Part shown: piece after piece, positions 1 through 10,925 of the stretch
Layout of the letters: every line of letters begins with the position of its first letter
Position numbering within the stretch: position 1 is the stretch's first letter
NCBI GenBank assembly: GCA_904063045.1
Contig: CAJFCJ010000012.1
Location: 372,001-436,000, forward strand
Direction: 5' to 3'
DNA: 64,000 nt
From: Dimorphilus gyrociliatus
Lineage: Eukaryota > Animalia > Annelida
Notes under the pieces: model-generated
The model's database searches: none
Told to the model about the DNA's origin: nothing
Seen by the model: the letters and a program-made list of their open reading frames with translations, nothing else
Program-made: the position numbers and the translations under genes

Positions 1-791
1 ATTGGTAAATAGGCTATACTTCTTTTCTGTGAAATATGATAAGAATATAATATTAAATATTAATTCGTACAATCGTATAATATTACAAGAAATATGTTAA
101 CAAAAGAGAACTTATGTTTTATCAAAATTAAATAATTATTATATTTAATTAGTTATATTCGTCTTGTCTTTTCCAAAGCATTCCAAGCATTGATGGCTTA
201 GAGAATAATTAATATATCTTATATATCCATAAGAATAATTTCAATACTCTAAGATGTTTTTATTAGCTGTATAATAAGCATATGTATGAGATATTGAATA
301 CCAAAGAAAATATTAGCATTGTACTTATTAACACATCCTGTATTTACAAAAATAGTCTAGTTTTTCATCATACTTTGTAATATTTTCTGATAAATTTTGA
401 ACAAATTTTCCCCTCGAGTTGTTTGTAAATTTTGGCAAATTGATAATCAACAAATGCTTTTGTTTACTTTTCATTATTTACTTTGAAATATGCACGTACG
501 CTGAGGTAAAGTTACAAAGTAAATGAATGAAGTTATACGCTTTAGCAGAAGGATAATTTTATAAATATACAGTTTTATTTATTGTAAATGAAACAAACTA
601 TGATAACTCTACTTTTCTATTATCTTTTCACAATCTCATTCAAAGGATAAAACTTGCTAATATCATAATTACATGGAAGGGATTAAATTTGTATCTATCA
701 AAGATTTTTTAAGGCCGATACTAGCGCCAACTTTTGAGTAGCGTCACCTGTAACGCTTTCTCACTTTTGCGATTCTGAGCGCCGGTGCAAA

Positions 792-2326
792 ATGAATACT
801 ACCATCTCTCCTGGTGTAAAAGAACTTGAAGAAATTTGGAATGAAAGACTGAAATTATTTTACAAATACTCTTTACCGAATTTGATTGCCTTCGGCTTGA
901 TTGGACATATGATTGCTATTAGTGTATTTTTGCTATCGAAGAAACGATTTCGGTCCTCAAGCGTTTATTTAACTGCGTTATCCGTTGCCGATTGCTGTTT
1001 TCTGCTCTCTCTTATTCCTATAAGCTTGGGATATTTTCAAATTGAACTATTTCACATTCCAGTTTTTTGCCAGTTGTTGATATTCGTCATACAGAATTCT
1101 GCTGCATTATCAGTTTGGTTCGTTGTATGTTTCACTGTCGAAAGATATGTGGCCGTTTTCCTACCGCTAAAGAAAGCCAACTGGTGTACTACTAGAAGAG
1201 CCAGAATTGTAGTAGTTACTCTTTCAATATTCTCTTCAATTCTTTACTTAGATTATCCTCTATCTCTTGATGTGCAAGTTCGTTCGAATTAAATCCAGAG
1301 CTATTAACATAAGAGATCTCATTAAAAAGTCTTAAAAGCTGGATAACAATAGCATTTCGAGTTATGATATTGTTAAGAATTAAAGAGACATTATTATAAG
1401 AAGTTTTAAGTAGTAGATTTCAATTACTGACATCTTAAAAATTGCTAACATTCTTAATATTCTACTGAGAGGTTCCCTATTACTTATAGGTTAATCTAAG
1501 CTATAATGCTTTATATATACTTTATATAATAGTATATTTCAACTTTTCTTTTAGCTTTTCCACATATCTATGTCTTTTACTCATGTGCTATTTCTGTACT
1601 GCTCTACCTTGGATGTCATTTTTAAGCAGAGCTCTCGTCTAAGCACTTTAAATTATCTTATTATTTTCAAAGTATAAAATATTATTAGCTAATAAAATAA
1701 GCCAAGGATATAATTCGGACGAATAATAGTTCAACACTAAGAAAAACAAAACTCTGTGCGAAACAAAGTCTAAATGGTTCAAGATCATCAATATTCATAA
1801 TTCCGTTGATACAATGTTAACTTGTATTTTACCAACTTTGATAATATTCTCGTTCAATCTCTCAATAGCATATAAAATATGGGCTACAGAAAAGAGGAGA
1901 AAACAGAGATTAATAGCTGGTAGACAATTACCACAATCTAATGATGTTAAAATTACCATTCTTTTAATAACGATATCAACTATATTTCTTCTTCTGAATG
2001 CTCCAAGTCACGCTCTGAGGTTTCGAACATTTTTGAAAGCTATTTTTGGAGATCGCATTTTTCTGAAGAATTCAGGAACCATAAAAAATCTAGAGCTTGT
2101 ATTCCAATGGCTCTACTTCTGTTCCTTTTCAATCAACTTTGTATTATATTGCGCGTGCGCGAAATCATTTAGAACAACACTGATATCATTGTGGAGGCGT
2201 TCTAGGGTATCTGTTTGCAAATCTAGCAGTTCATCTAAAATGAGAAATTTGCTACAAGGTTATAATTACCAAGAAGATACTAAATTAATAGATTTTAGAA
2301 GCTTCAAATCTTCAACAAAATCTTGA
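792..2326 (+). CDS. Orphan class A (rhodopsin-like) peptide GPCR, FMRFamide/sex-peptide-receptor-like type; predicted join(792..1277,1730..2326), 360 aa
   Basis: ORF 792..1292 encodes TM1-TM4 (GLIGH, YLTALSVADCCFL, FCQ, FTVERYVAVFLPL). ORF 1814..2326 encodes TM5-TM7 (ILPTLII, FLLLNAPSH, INFVLYCACAKSFR). A phase-0 donor CAA|GTTCGT at 1278 and acceptor ATAATAG|TTC at 1729 join them in frame. The join restores ECL2 with its Cys (FNTKKNKTLCETKSKW). Intron is 452 nt. Confidence 0.85.
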
Positions 2327-5300
2327 TACATTTCATATAGACTAGTATAACTTATAGAAGCTTTACTGTTAAGAGAGAATTGAATAAAGTTGAAGTTTTT
2401 TATACCCATTACTTATTAAATAAGATGGGTAAATACAATCTTGCAGTTTGGCATTGATGTTAAAAATCTTCTAAAGAACAGTCGCCTGAAATCTCCATGC
2501 TACTTTGTACGCTGTCAGGTAAATCCAGTCTGATTATCATCTAATACGTTAAAAGTTGAGAATAAAGGCGGTTTTTGTACAAGGATTTAAAATTTGAAAT
2601 CACTTGTTGTCAGACTACTAAATTTTATGTTCAATAGATCAGTTATTCTTCTTATAATAAGTATCATGGAAATAAAGAACATAATATCAATAAGGGTATA
2701 ATATCCTTTAACTTGACTATATTAAACGTTATACTGTATATTGATATAAAATATATAAATTTATATAGTTTAAATAGACAACTGGTATTGACTTAGAAGG
2801 GTTGAATTGTCAAAAAATTTTCTAAGATTGGCTTGTTATTGTTTTCATTAACATATTTATGAAAGATATACGTCTTATATAAACGCAAGGATATATAAGA
2901 CAGTTAACAAGACAAAAAATTATGTATCTGTAGTATATATATAATCTAGGAAAAACTGACATTTATTTCTCGCTCTTATGTATATCTGTTTGCTGTCTGT
3001 CTATTTATTTAATATTGCGTAACTATAACTAAATTTGACTTTTTAAATTTTTTTATTCTGTAAAGTCTTTTTACATACGATCTGCACTAATTGTTTTTCT
3101 TTTTATAGCTATAAAGTTTGATGTAATCAACAATAACCAATGGTATTTGCACTAATTTCACTGATTTTTATATTAAGATTAAACAAAATATACTCAGATT
3201 AATGTTTTTTGTTCCTAAAAATAGACAAGTATAAAATTAGATGTTTACAATTTGTCTTTACTGTTAAATGACGAAAATCCCATAGATTAAACCAAACAGT
3301 AAAATACTTTTTATAAGCTTCTAATGCGTACTTTTTTTTTATCCTCTAAAAGGACGCCCTAGAAGCAATGACAAATTTTCTAAGGTTATGTAAAAAAAAC
3401 TAGTTTCGTATTACAACTGTTAAATATCAAAAAGTTTAACCACCTTCCAGGATGAAATCTCATAGACTTTCACTTTTTCACAAAATGTTTTATAAATCCA
3501 GAAACCGTATAAGGATAAGAATCTTTCTGTGTGACATTTTCTGAAAATGTGATTGGCTTTTTGCTCTTAAAGTGCTATTATACTTTTACTGATAAAATTT
3601 TCTTTAGTAACATTCAAGCATAGCTCACCTTTAATTACAAATTGCCCATAGAAAGTATAATAATTGTAATTTACTATCTGAAGATGAGAATAAAAAAGAC
3701 ATTTTGTCCTAGAGAAATACCGAAAAAATATCATATATCTATATTATTTTCGTTTTATCTATTTTATAACCCATGTTAGCCTTTCGATGAAATAAAGGCA
3801 TAGGTGATGGCCAACTATTTGTGTACGTTTTCATTACTTAATACTTACTTTTTTTAAAAATTAGTTCTATGTTGTGTAAATATTAATTTTTGAGTTTTTC
3901 CTTTTTCTAAAAATTAGTAAATTAACACTTATCTTAAGACATAGAAGAGAGTACAGTGATGTATAAATTAAAAAGAAGCCGAAAAACAATTTATAGTATG
4001 TTCTCCTTTGAAAAGAATAACAATTACAATGACGAAAGTATAATTTATATTGACCTAAATTCCTCGAAATTCGCCTTAAATACGTGCATTTCATAATAAT
4101 AGCATTGAAAACTTTCAGATGGACAATCGGCATCTAACAAATAAAGTGACAACTCTCTAGAGAAAGAGACCTGTAGAAGAAATATATTCATATTAAAGAA
4201 CCTCATTACCTACCGGTTTTATATAGCTTCTTTTAACTCCTTATGTATGATATAGCTATTGAAACTTTGCGAAAGCCTTATTATCAAAGGCTCTTAAATA
4301 ATTTAAATATTCAGATAAAGTTAAGAAATTCCTATTAAAAATTTAAAGTGAAAATCCTAATCGTTTTTTATCTTGAAAAGAGAAGTTCATTAGATATGCA
4401 TTCTTCCCTTATGAATATTTCCCAAAGAGATTATAAAAAATACGCTTAAAAAGCGTTTTTATCAATATGAATATCATTATAACTTCGTACATGTTACACA
4501 GTCACGGATACTTTCATATTTCTACCTCAACGAGCTTCATAATCCTTCTTCTTTCATAGATTTATTCAAAAGATATAAAAAGCACAGCAAATCATACAAT
4601 TTTTTTAACAAGAGAATAGATTTAGTTTTATAAAATGATAAAACTCTCTTTCTTTTAAAGAAATACGAAGAGATTTCGTAATTTATCAAAAATTAATTAT
4701 AACGTTGAATTATGTAAGTCTATCACTTTTTTCATACATATAACAAATTATTTAAAGGTAATAGTACAATTATATTGTATTTACTTATTCAGAATTGATA
4801 GATTTACTAAGAGTGAACTAGTAAGTTATAATTATAGAAATCGCTATTTCCTTATTCTATTTTAAAGTAATTTTGATTAGACCATATTTTGTAATATATA
4901 TAAAAATTATATCACATCTTTTACTATGATAAAAAGGACTGGAAACGTTTCTTGCCTGACAGTACACTGAAAAATAAAAGACTTTTTCAATGTAATTTCT
5001 CTAGAGAACATAAAAAATACATATTTATTACTTAGAAATATTCCATTTGATTAGATCATTTTTATAATATTAGTCATTCATTTTTTTTGTTATCTATGCT
5101 GCAATTTAAAATGCTCCTTTTCAGTGAACTATACAGAGATAATGTTTAACTCTTGACTTTAAACAGACAAAATGAATAATGTCTTTTTAATAGTATAAAC
5201 TAAAACATATGTTATTGTTTATAATATCAATAGTAATACATACATTATATGCATGCAGGATTCATACTATAATTGAATGAACCCATAATTTATACTGTAT

Positions 5301-8300
5301 ATCCTAGCCTAGACATACAGAAGGCTATGTTTGTTTCTCTCCAGAAATTTACAGATTTATGTTTATCGTATCAAAATGATTAAATATATTAACTTTGACT
5401 AGTTTTTTGACTAAACTTAATAAAAATATGGCTCTGTTTCCATGCTTTAAACATATATCCTTATGTTTTTCATTATGATTTTAACTAAGCAAACTAAAAA
5501 GAAACATAAAGAGACAATAACTTTTTTTCTATTGAAGAATTTTAAAATTTGTTAAAGAATTAGATTCAAGAAATTAAAGTAATTTTCCTTAAATTAAGTA
5601 AATAGTTACTCTTAGATATTTTCTTTTCCTTTTTCAAAAGTTCTTGGAAAAGTTTAATTCTATGTTGTCTGTAGGTTATAGTAACAATAAAGAACCTCTG
5701 TTATTTAAACATCGTATACAAAGCAAATTGTAGATCTTGTGCTATACTAGCCTGACATAAGAGTTTACTGTACATCTTCTGTACATGCTTTTTGCTTATA
5801 GGGAATAGGTAGGGGGTGGTCATATATACTACGTGTCCCTTAATATACATCAAACATATAATTATTATTTAAGTTCGTGATACATCAGTATTTGAGAGGT
5901 AGTACATATCTAATTGTAATCAATAAGAATTGTAATAAGAGTCTTGTGAATTATATTTCTTTCATCTTCTATTCACTCTCCTTGTAGTGCATAATTTTTA
6001 ATAAATCTTTACAAACAGAGCAGCAATAAAAATGAAATATAATATTCTACCAAATAGAGACAGTTTTGTCTGCTCAGAGTGTGTCATCAACAAACTATGG
6101 TTTAGTTGTCGAAATACCGCTATTTACTTCATTACTAACTTAATTTGAAAAAGACTAGTTAGGTAAACAAGATGTGTCGACATTTCTCACGGTAGAGAAA
6201 ACATTCGATCCAGTGTTATGACATCCTATGGTGATTTTTAGAGTAACATCATCCACTTTCCTCAAAGGTGGCGCTATATCCACCAATGAAAAAGCTAAAA
6301 TTATTATCATTCCACTCATTGCTATCTGTATTTCGAATTTTCTCACCCCAAGCTTCCTATATGAAACATTGAGCTACGGCAGTATGATGAACAAAAAATA
6401 AAGAGACTGAATCCCTTACAGTCCATCCTACATCTTAGATATTTTAGAATCTCGTTTCTAGTCAAAAAGCAAAAAGTTCCAGACTAGGAGAAGATTTAAT
6501 TTAACGAAACTCTTAATTATATTCAACAAACATAATTGCTAAGATAGAAAACATTCCATTTGCTAATATTTATAAATTAGTATATATGTATATAAATACA
6601 TATAATTTTATATGTTTGTGTGATACATCGGAGAAATAACTGTACCATTAGTCATGGAAGTGTTGTCCAGAAAGGAAACAATTTCCTTCTGATATCGATG
6701 TCAATGTCTCTCCTCAAGCTATACAATTTATGTACAAATATTTACAAATACTTATGCATACCCCCAATAAAACAACTAATCTGGTTAAAAATACGTATAA
6801 CTTTGTCGATCCATCAAATTACTTCTTGTGGTAAAAATTTGTTATGCCTAGTTGTATGATACAAACAGCAAAAGAGTAGGTGGAACATTTCAATATTCTT
6901 TTTTATTATTTATATTTAGCAACAAAGAAACGCTTCCTTCTTCCTTTGCCCAGCATACATCTATTTTATATCAACAATGTATACATTCTAAAATTCTAAG
7001 GTATTCGTGACAAATTCGTACTCTAAGAGAAAGTTGTGTTTATTATTCTTACTCGGAAAATATCATTAAGAAAGTCAGACGAAGAAAAGTTCAGAATAAT
7101 TGGACAATATTTTCGATATAGGTTTTTTTTCAACAAATATTTATATCATTGCATTAAAATAAATTAGTTTTGTTTGCTTCGAAAGTTATTTTTATCAGCT
7201 GAAAATTAAATAATAAACATTCTTTGCTTTGGTTTATGCATAGGGTTTTGAATTAAACACATCAGAATATTTTATACTATTGATATTTATATGTTTCTCT
7301 ATTATGTACAATATGGATATTTAGAGTAAGAAGCATAAGATTGATATCTTATAAGTAATATTAGAATATTTTACATATTCGCAGTATTGTCTTTAGCTAG
7401 TAAAAGTAAAATAAAGGAATGAAAGTTTTCTTATTAACTTTTAGTTTATGCTATAGATGGCGTCATGCCATAAATCCAACACTCCTATAGGTAGACATGT
7501 CGAATATTCTTTTTTCTTTGTGTTTGTATCAGAAATAGTAAACGAAGTAGAGGTAGAAGCTTTGTCCTATTATCTCAATTACTCAAATCTTAGAAAACAA
7601 GTACGCATAAAACATATAATGTACAGAGGGAAAGAGAGAGAATATATCTGGAACATATGCCTTCTATAGATATATTTAAAAATACTATATGCAAGTGGAA
7701 TATAAAGACATAAATAGCTACAAACACATGAAAGTATAGTTAAGTGTATATCAAAAGTTTCATTAAGGTTAATTTTTCTCCTTAGCAGTCGAGAAAATTA
7801 AAATAGAATTAATGATAAAATGAAACATTCATTGTATTCGTTTTTCGTTTCAGTTCATTCTCAACTTTAAATAATGACTATTGAATTTTTTTATGCTGAA
7901 TCGCCTTAGGAAGGTAACTAACTTTCGGTAATACACGATTTTAGCATTTAATTTCTTAGAATTTAAAAGAAAAAGAAAAACAAGATTGAAACTAAAAATA
8001 CTATATTTCTATTGAAATATCTCAAATTGACTATATTTTACAATGATGTTCTATGTTACAAACGCTATATATATATATTAGTACATAAAAAAATGAATAC
8101 TTTGTATTATTGAGCCAGCGAGTTGGTGGTATTTGTAAAAAATAGACAAATGAAGAATTTAAAAAACATATTAATAAACTTTTCTTAAAGAAGGAAAAGA
8201 AAATTAAATGTGTTAATTACCAAGACTAAACACTTATATAGCTATGTATTATTGAGATAATACTACTTTCTAATAGAGAATCTTTAAAATCGCTGAGTCT

Positions 8301-10110
8301 TCTTTTCGTTTCCTAACAGAAAAAAAATGGCTGGGTCATCTTTTTTACCGTTTCACGATTATTTACAAATTGTTCCTTAATAATTGATAGTGAAAACAAA
8401 ACGAAATGTTAAATTGATGTTATATATACTGTATGTGTTAATTGAGAATATTTTAATCATATATACTCTGTAAACGTATTAACCATAACCCCTTATAGGA
8501 TATAAGAAATAAGATTCCAATAAAAACCAACAGTATCTTTAGTAATTAATTATAAAGAAAGTTTATATAATTTTTCCAATGTATTATTTTCACTAACAAA
8601 CTGAGTATTCAATGTATAAATTACAGTAAGAATGTAAATAATAAATGTTGCTGGCTATCATAAAAATTTATAATGTTAATTATTTTGAAAATAATCTTAT
8701 GTTAAAAATGTAGAGCTTTATCGCCAATGACATATAGATATACTGATAGTTTTACATTTTCAATATTAATTATTTTGTCATATTCGCATGTAGAATATTT
8801 ATGTAATACTTCTTTAAGCCTCTTTATATATTTATAACAATAAGTTGACGGCAGTTATTTTTATCGTCATATTTTTCTTGTTTACCATATTATCGTTTTA
8901 AAGTTCTTATGAGTAAATAATTGTTGGTGTGGGATCCTTGACTTGTTTGATCAAAATGATATGAGATAGCGTAAGGCTTTTAAGCAAGAAACTAAAATAT
9001 TGTCGTTGTTTCTAAAAGAGGATGTTTGATATACTGATTAAGCACGCTTCATAATCTGACACTTTTTATGTTTGACTTGCTAATGTACTCGATTTCCAAC
9101 TAAGACAAAACTTAATCTTTTTTAAGTAGATAATTTTATCAATAGAGATAAAAGAAACCGGAAGTCATCCTTAGTAACTAATTAAACAATAAGGTAATAT
9201 ATCTTAAAAATGAATTTTTTCTTAATAAAATTCCTACGGAAATGATAAAATCGCCCAGCTTGGAAGAGTTCCAATTGTCTTAACAATAGACAAATGTGAT
9301 CTATTATAATTCTAATATTTACATAATAATACGCTTAATTGGTATATATTCAACCAGTTCATGGTAAAAGAAATCCGAAAAATATGCATATAGTATAAAG
9401 AACATTCTATAACCAGTTTGCATTGCTGATCTTCGAGAAACAGATATAGTCTGCTATTGAAGAATATATTTTTGAAACTGATTACAATCTAATTAAAATG
9501 ATTGCTAATAATAAAAAGAAGTCTCTTTGATGATGAAAAAGTTTCTTTAGGGGGTATTACGTAAATATATACGTAATTTTAGTTAGTGAAACAAATCAGA
9601 GATGGAATATTCTATTAGCAGAAAGGAAAAGAAATATACTAAAAACTGAAAATATAATCATACAAAGACTATATAATGTAAAACCTCTAATGTTATGTTT
9701 TTACATTCATTCTGATGACTAATTACTTTTTCAGCTTTATTTAAAAGAATAAGTTTTGCAAATCTTCCTCTAATTGAACTTAATATAGAAATCATCATTA
9801 CATCTAAATATTACATTCCTCTCATTTTCTATGATAAAAAGAATTAACATATCTGTTTTAAGTATACGAAAAATCCGTCTAACTGAGTATATATTTCACG
9901 GCTCGTTTATTATGTTTACTGTGATTATTTCCCAGTATACACTGTAGTGCCTTACTATGAAACCAATCCTACAGGATTTATTATACCAGCGTATCTAGCA
10001 AGAAGCAAATATGATTTAAGAAAAATGGAATTATAAATTATAATTAACTCTTTTATCTTATTCTTCTTTGATGACAAAAAGAGCTCCAAATTTCACATTG
10101 CCATACGTTG

Positions 10111-10116
10111 TTTATT
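10111..10116 (-). other. Candidate polyadenylation signal (AATAAA) of the neuropeptide gene
   Basis: TTTATT on + strand, about 70 nt downstream of the stop. The hexamer is common in this AT-rich DNA. Confidence 0.4.
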
Positions 10117-10184
10117 TATACAGACATTGCATAAGATTTGACAAACAACTATACATAAAGATCCCCTCTGTTTTGTCAGTAATC

Positions 10185-10511
10185 TCACTTTTTGAAGAAT
10201 CCAGATTCAATTGGCGGTAATCTCTTAGCAAATCCTGACTCTATTGGTGGATATCTTTTAGCGAAACCTGACTCCATTGGAGGTAATCTCTTGACAAACC
10301 CATACTCAAGGGGAGGGAGACGCTTGACAAATCCAGATTCCAGTGGCGGTAATCTTTTAACAAATCCCGATTCCAAAGGAGGTAACCTTTTTTTTATTTG
10401 AAATTTGCGGATAAACTCTGATAGATTATCCAATTGGTCATCACTTTTATCAATAGGTTTACTTTCCGTTACAAAAATGTAAAGTACTATGGCTAAAATG
10501 AAGAATTTCAT
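10185..10511 (-). CDS. Neuropeptide precursor (108 aa): signal peptide, acidic spacer, six KR-flanked 9-mer peptides
   Basis: ATG is at 10511; the ORF track start at 10538 is TTG. MKFFILAIVLYIFVTES is a signal-peptide-like segment. KKR/KR dibasic sites release LPPLESGFV x2, LPPLEYGFV, LPPMESGFA, YPPIESGFA and LPPIESGFF, followed by KK-stop. No C-terminal Gly, so the peptides are not amidated. Confidence 0.9.
   Translation of the reverse strand: MKFFILAIVLYIFVTESKPIDKSDDQLDNLSEFIRKFQIKKRLPPLESGFVKRLPPLESGFVKRLPPLEYGFVKRLPPMESGFAKRYPPIESGFAKRLPPIESGFFKK
10194..10391 (-). repeat. Coding tandem repeat, 6 x 33 bp (KR plus 9-aa peptide)
   Basis: The 11-codon period is visible in the translation. 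The copies differ mostly at synonymous positions. Confidence 0.9.
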
Positions 10512-10557
10512 ACTTTTTCGTACTTGATTGACAACCAAATGCAGTCCAGTTGGAAAA

Positions 10558-10570
10558 GCGCCCCCTGTTG
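10558..10570 (-). promoter_or_regulatory. CTCF-like motif CAACAGGGGGCGC
   Basis: Close match to the CTCF core CCASYAGRKGGCRS. No binding evidence. Confidence 0.4.
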
Positions 10571-10779
10571 TTAATTTTATTCTTTTTCACGTGTGAGTAT
10601 GTTAAGGTTTTTAAGAAATACATGTTTCCAATTATCTAACAAAATTGATTATATTTCTTATTAGAAATAAATGAAAATGTGATCTTTTTATTATCAATTA
10701 CACTTTCATGTCCATGTCCCATCAATAATTTGATATTGCTTTCACATTTATCACAGTAGAAACAACATGTGTATTACTG

Positions 10780-10782
<3 letters not shown>

Positions 10783-10816
<34 letters not shown>

Positions 10817-10853
10817 AAAAGTATATATACAGATATATTTTAAGTACTATCTC

Positions 10854-10884
<31 letters not shown>

Positions 10885-10925
10885 GTCTCTTTCTACATAT
10901 ATATATATATATACATATATATATA
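10783..10925. repeat. Compound microsatellite (TA)n, (CTGT)n, (CT)n
   Basis: Directly visible simple repeats. Confidence 0.9.

Noticed and set aside
1278-1729. GPCR as a pseudogene or two separate genes
   Set aside because: A phase-0 GT-AG intron joins the halves into a complete 7TM with the ECL2 Cys.
6180-6372. + frame FLTVEK..HPM..EKAKIIIIPL as a degenerate copy of the neighbouring GPCR
   Set aside because: Motif spacing does not align with TM3-TM4, there is an in-frame stop, and the similarity is within chance for hydrophobic AT-rich codons.
10194-10391. 33-bp periodic repeat as a CRISPR array
   Set aside because: No unique spacers, the period is exactly 11 codons of a prohormone, and the context is eukaryotic.
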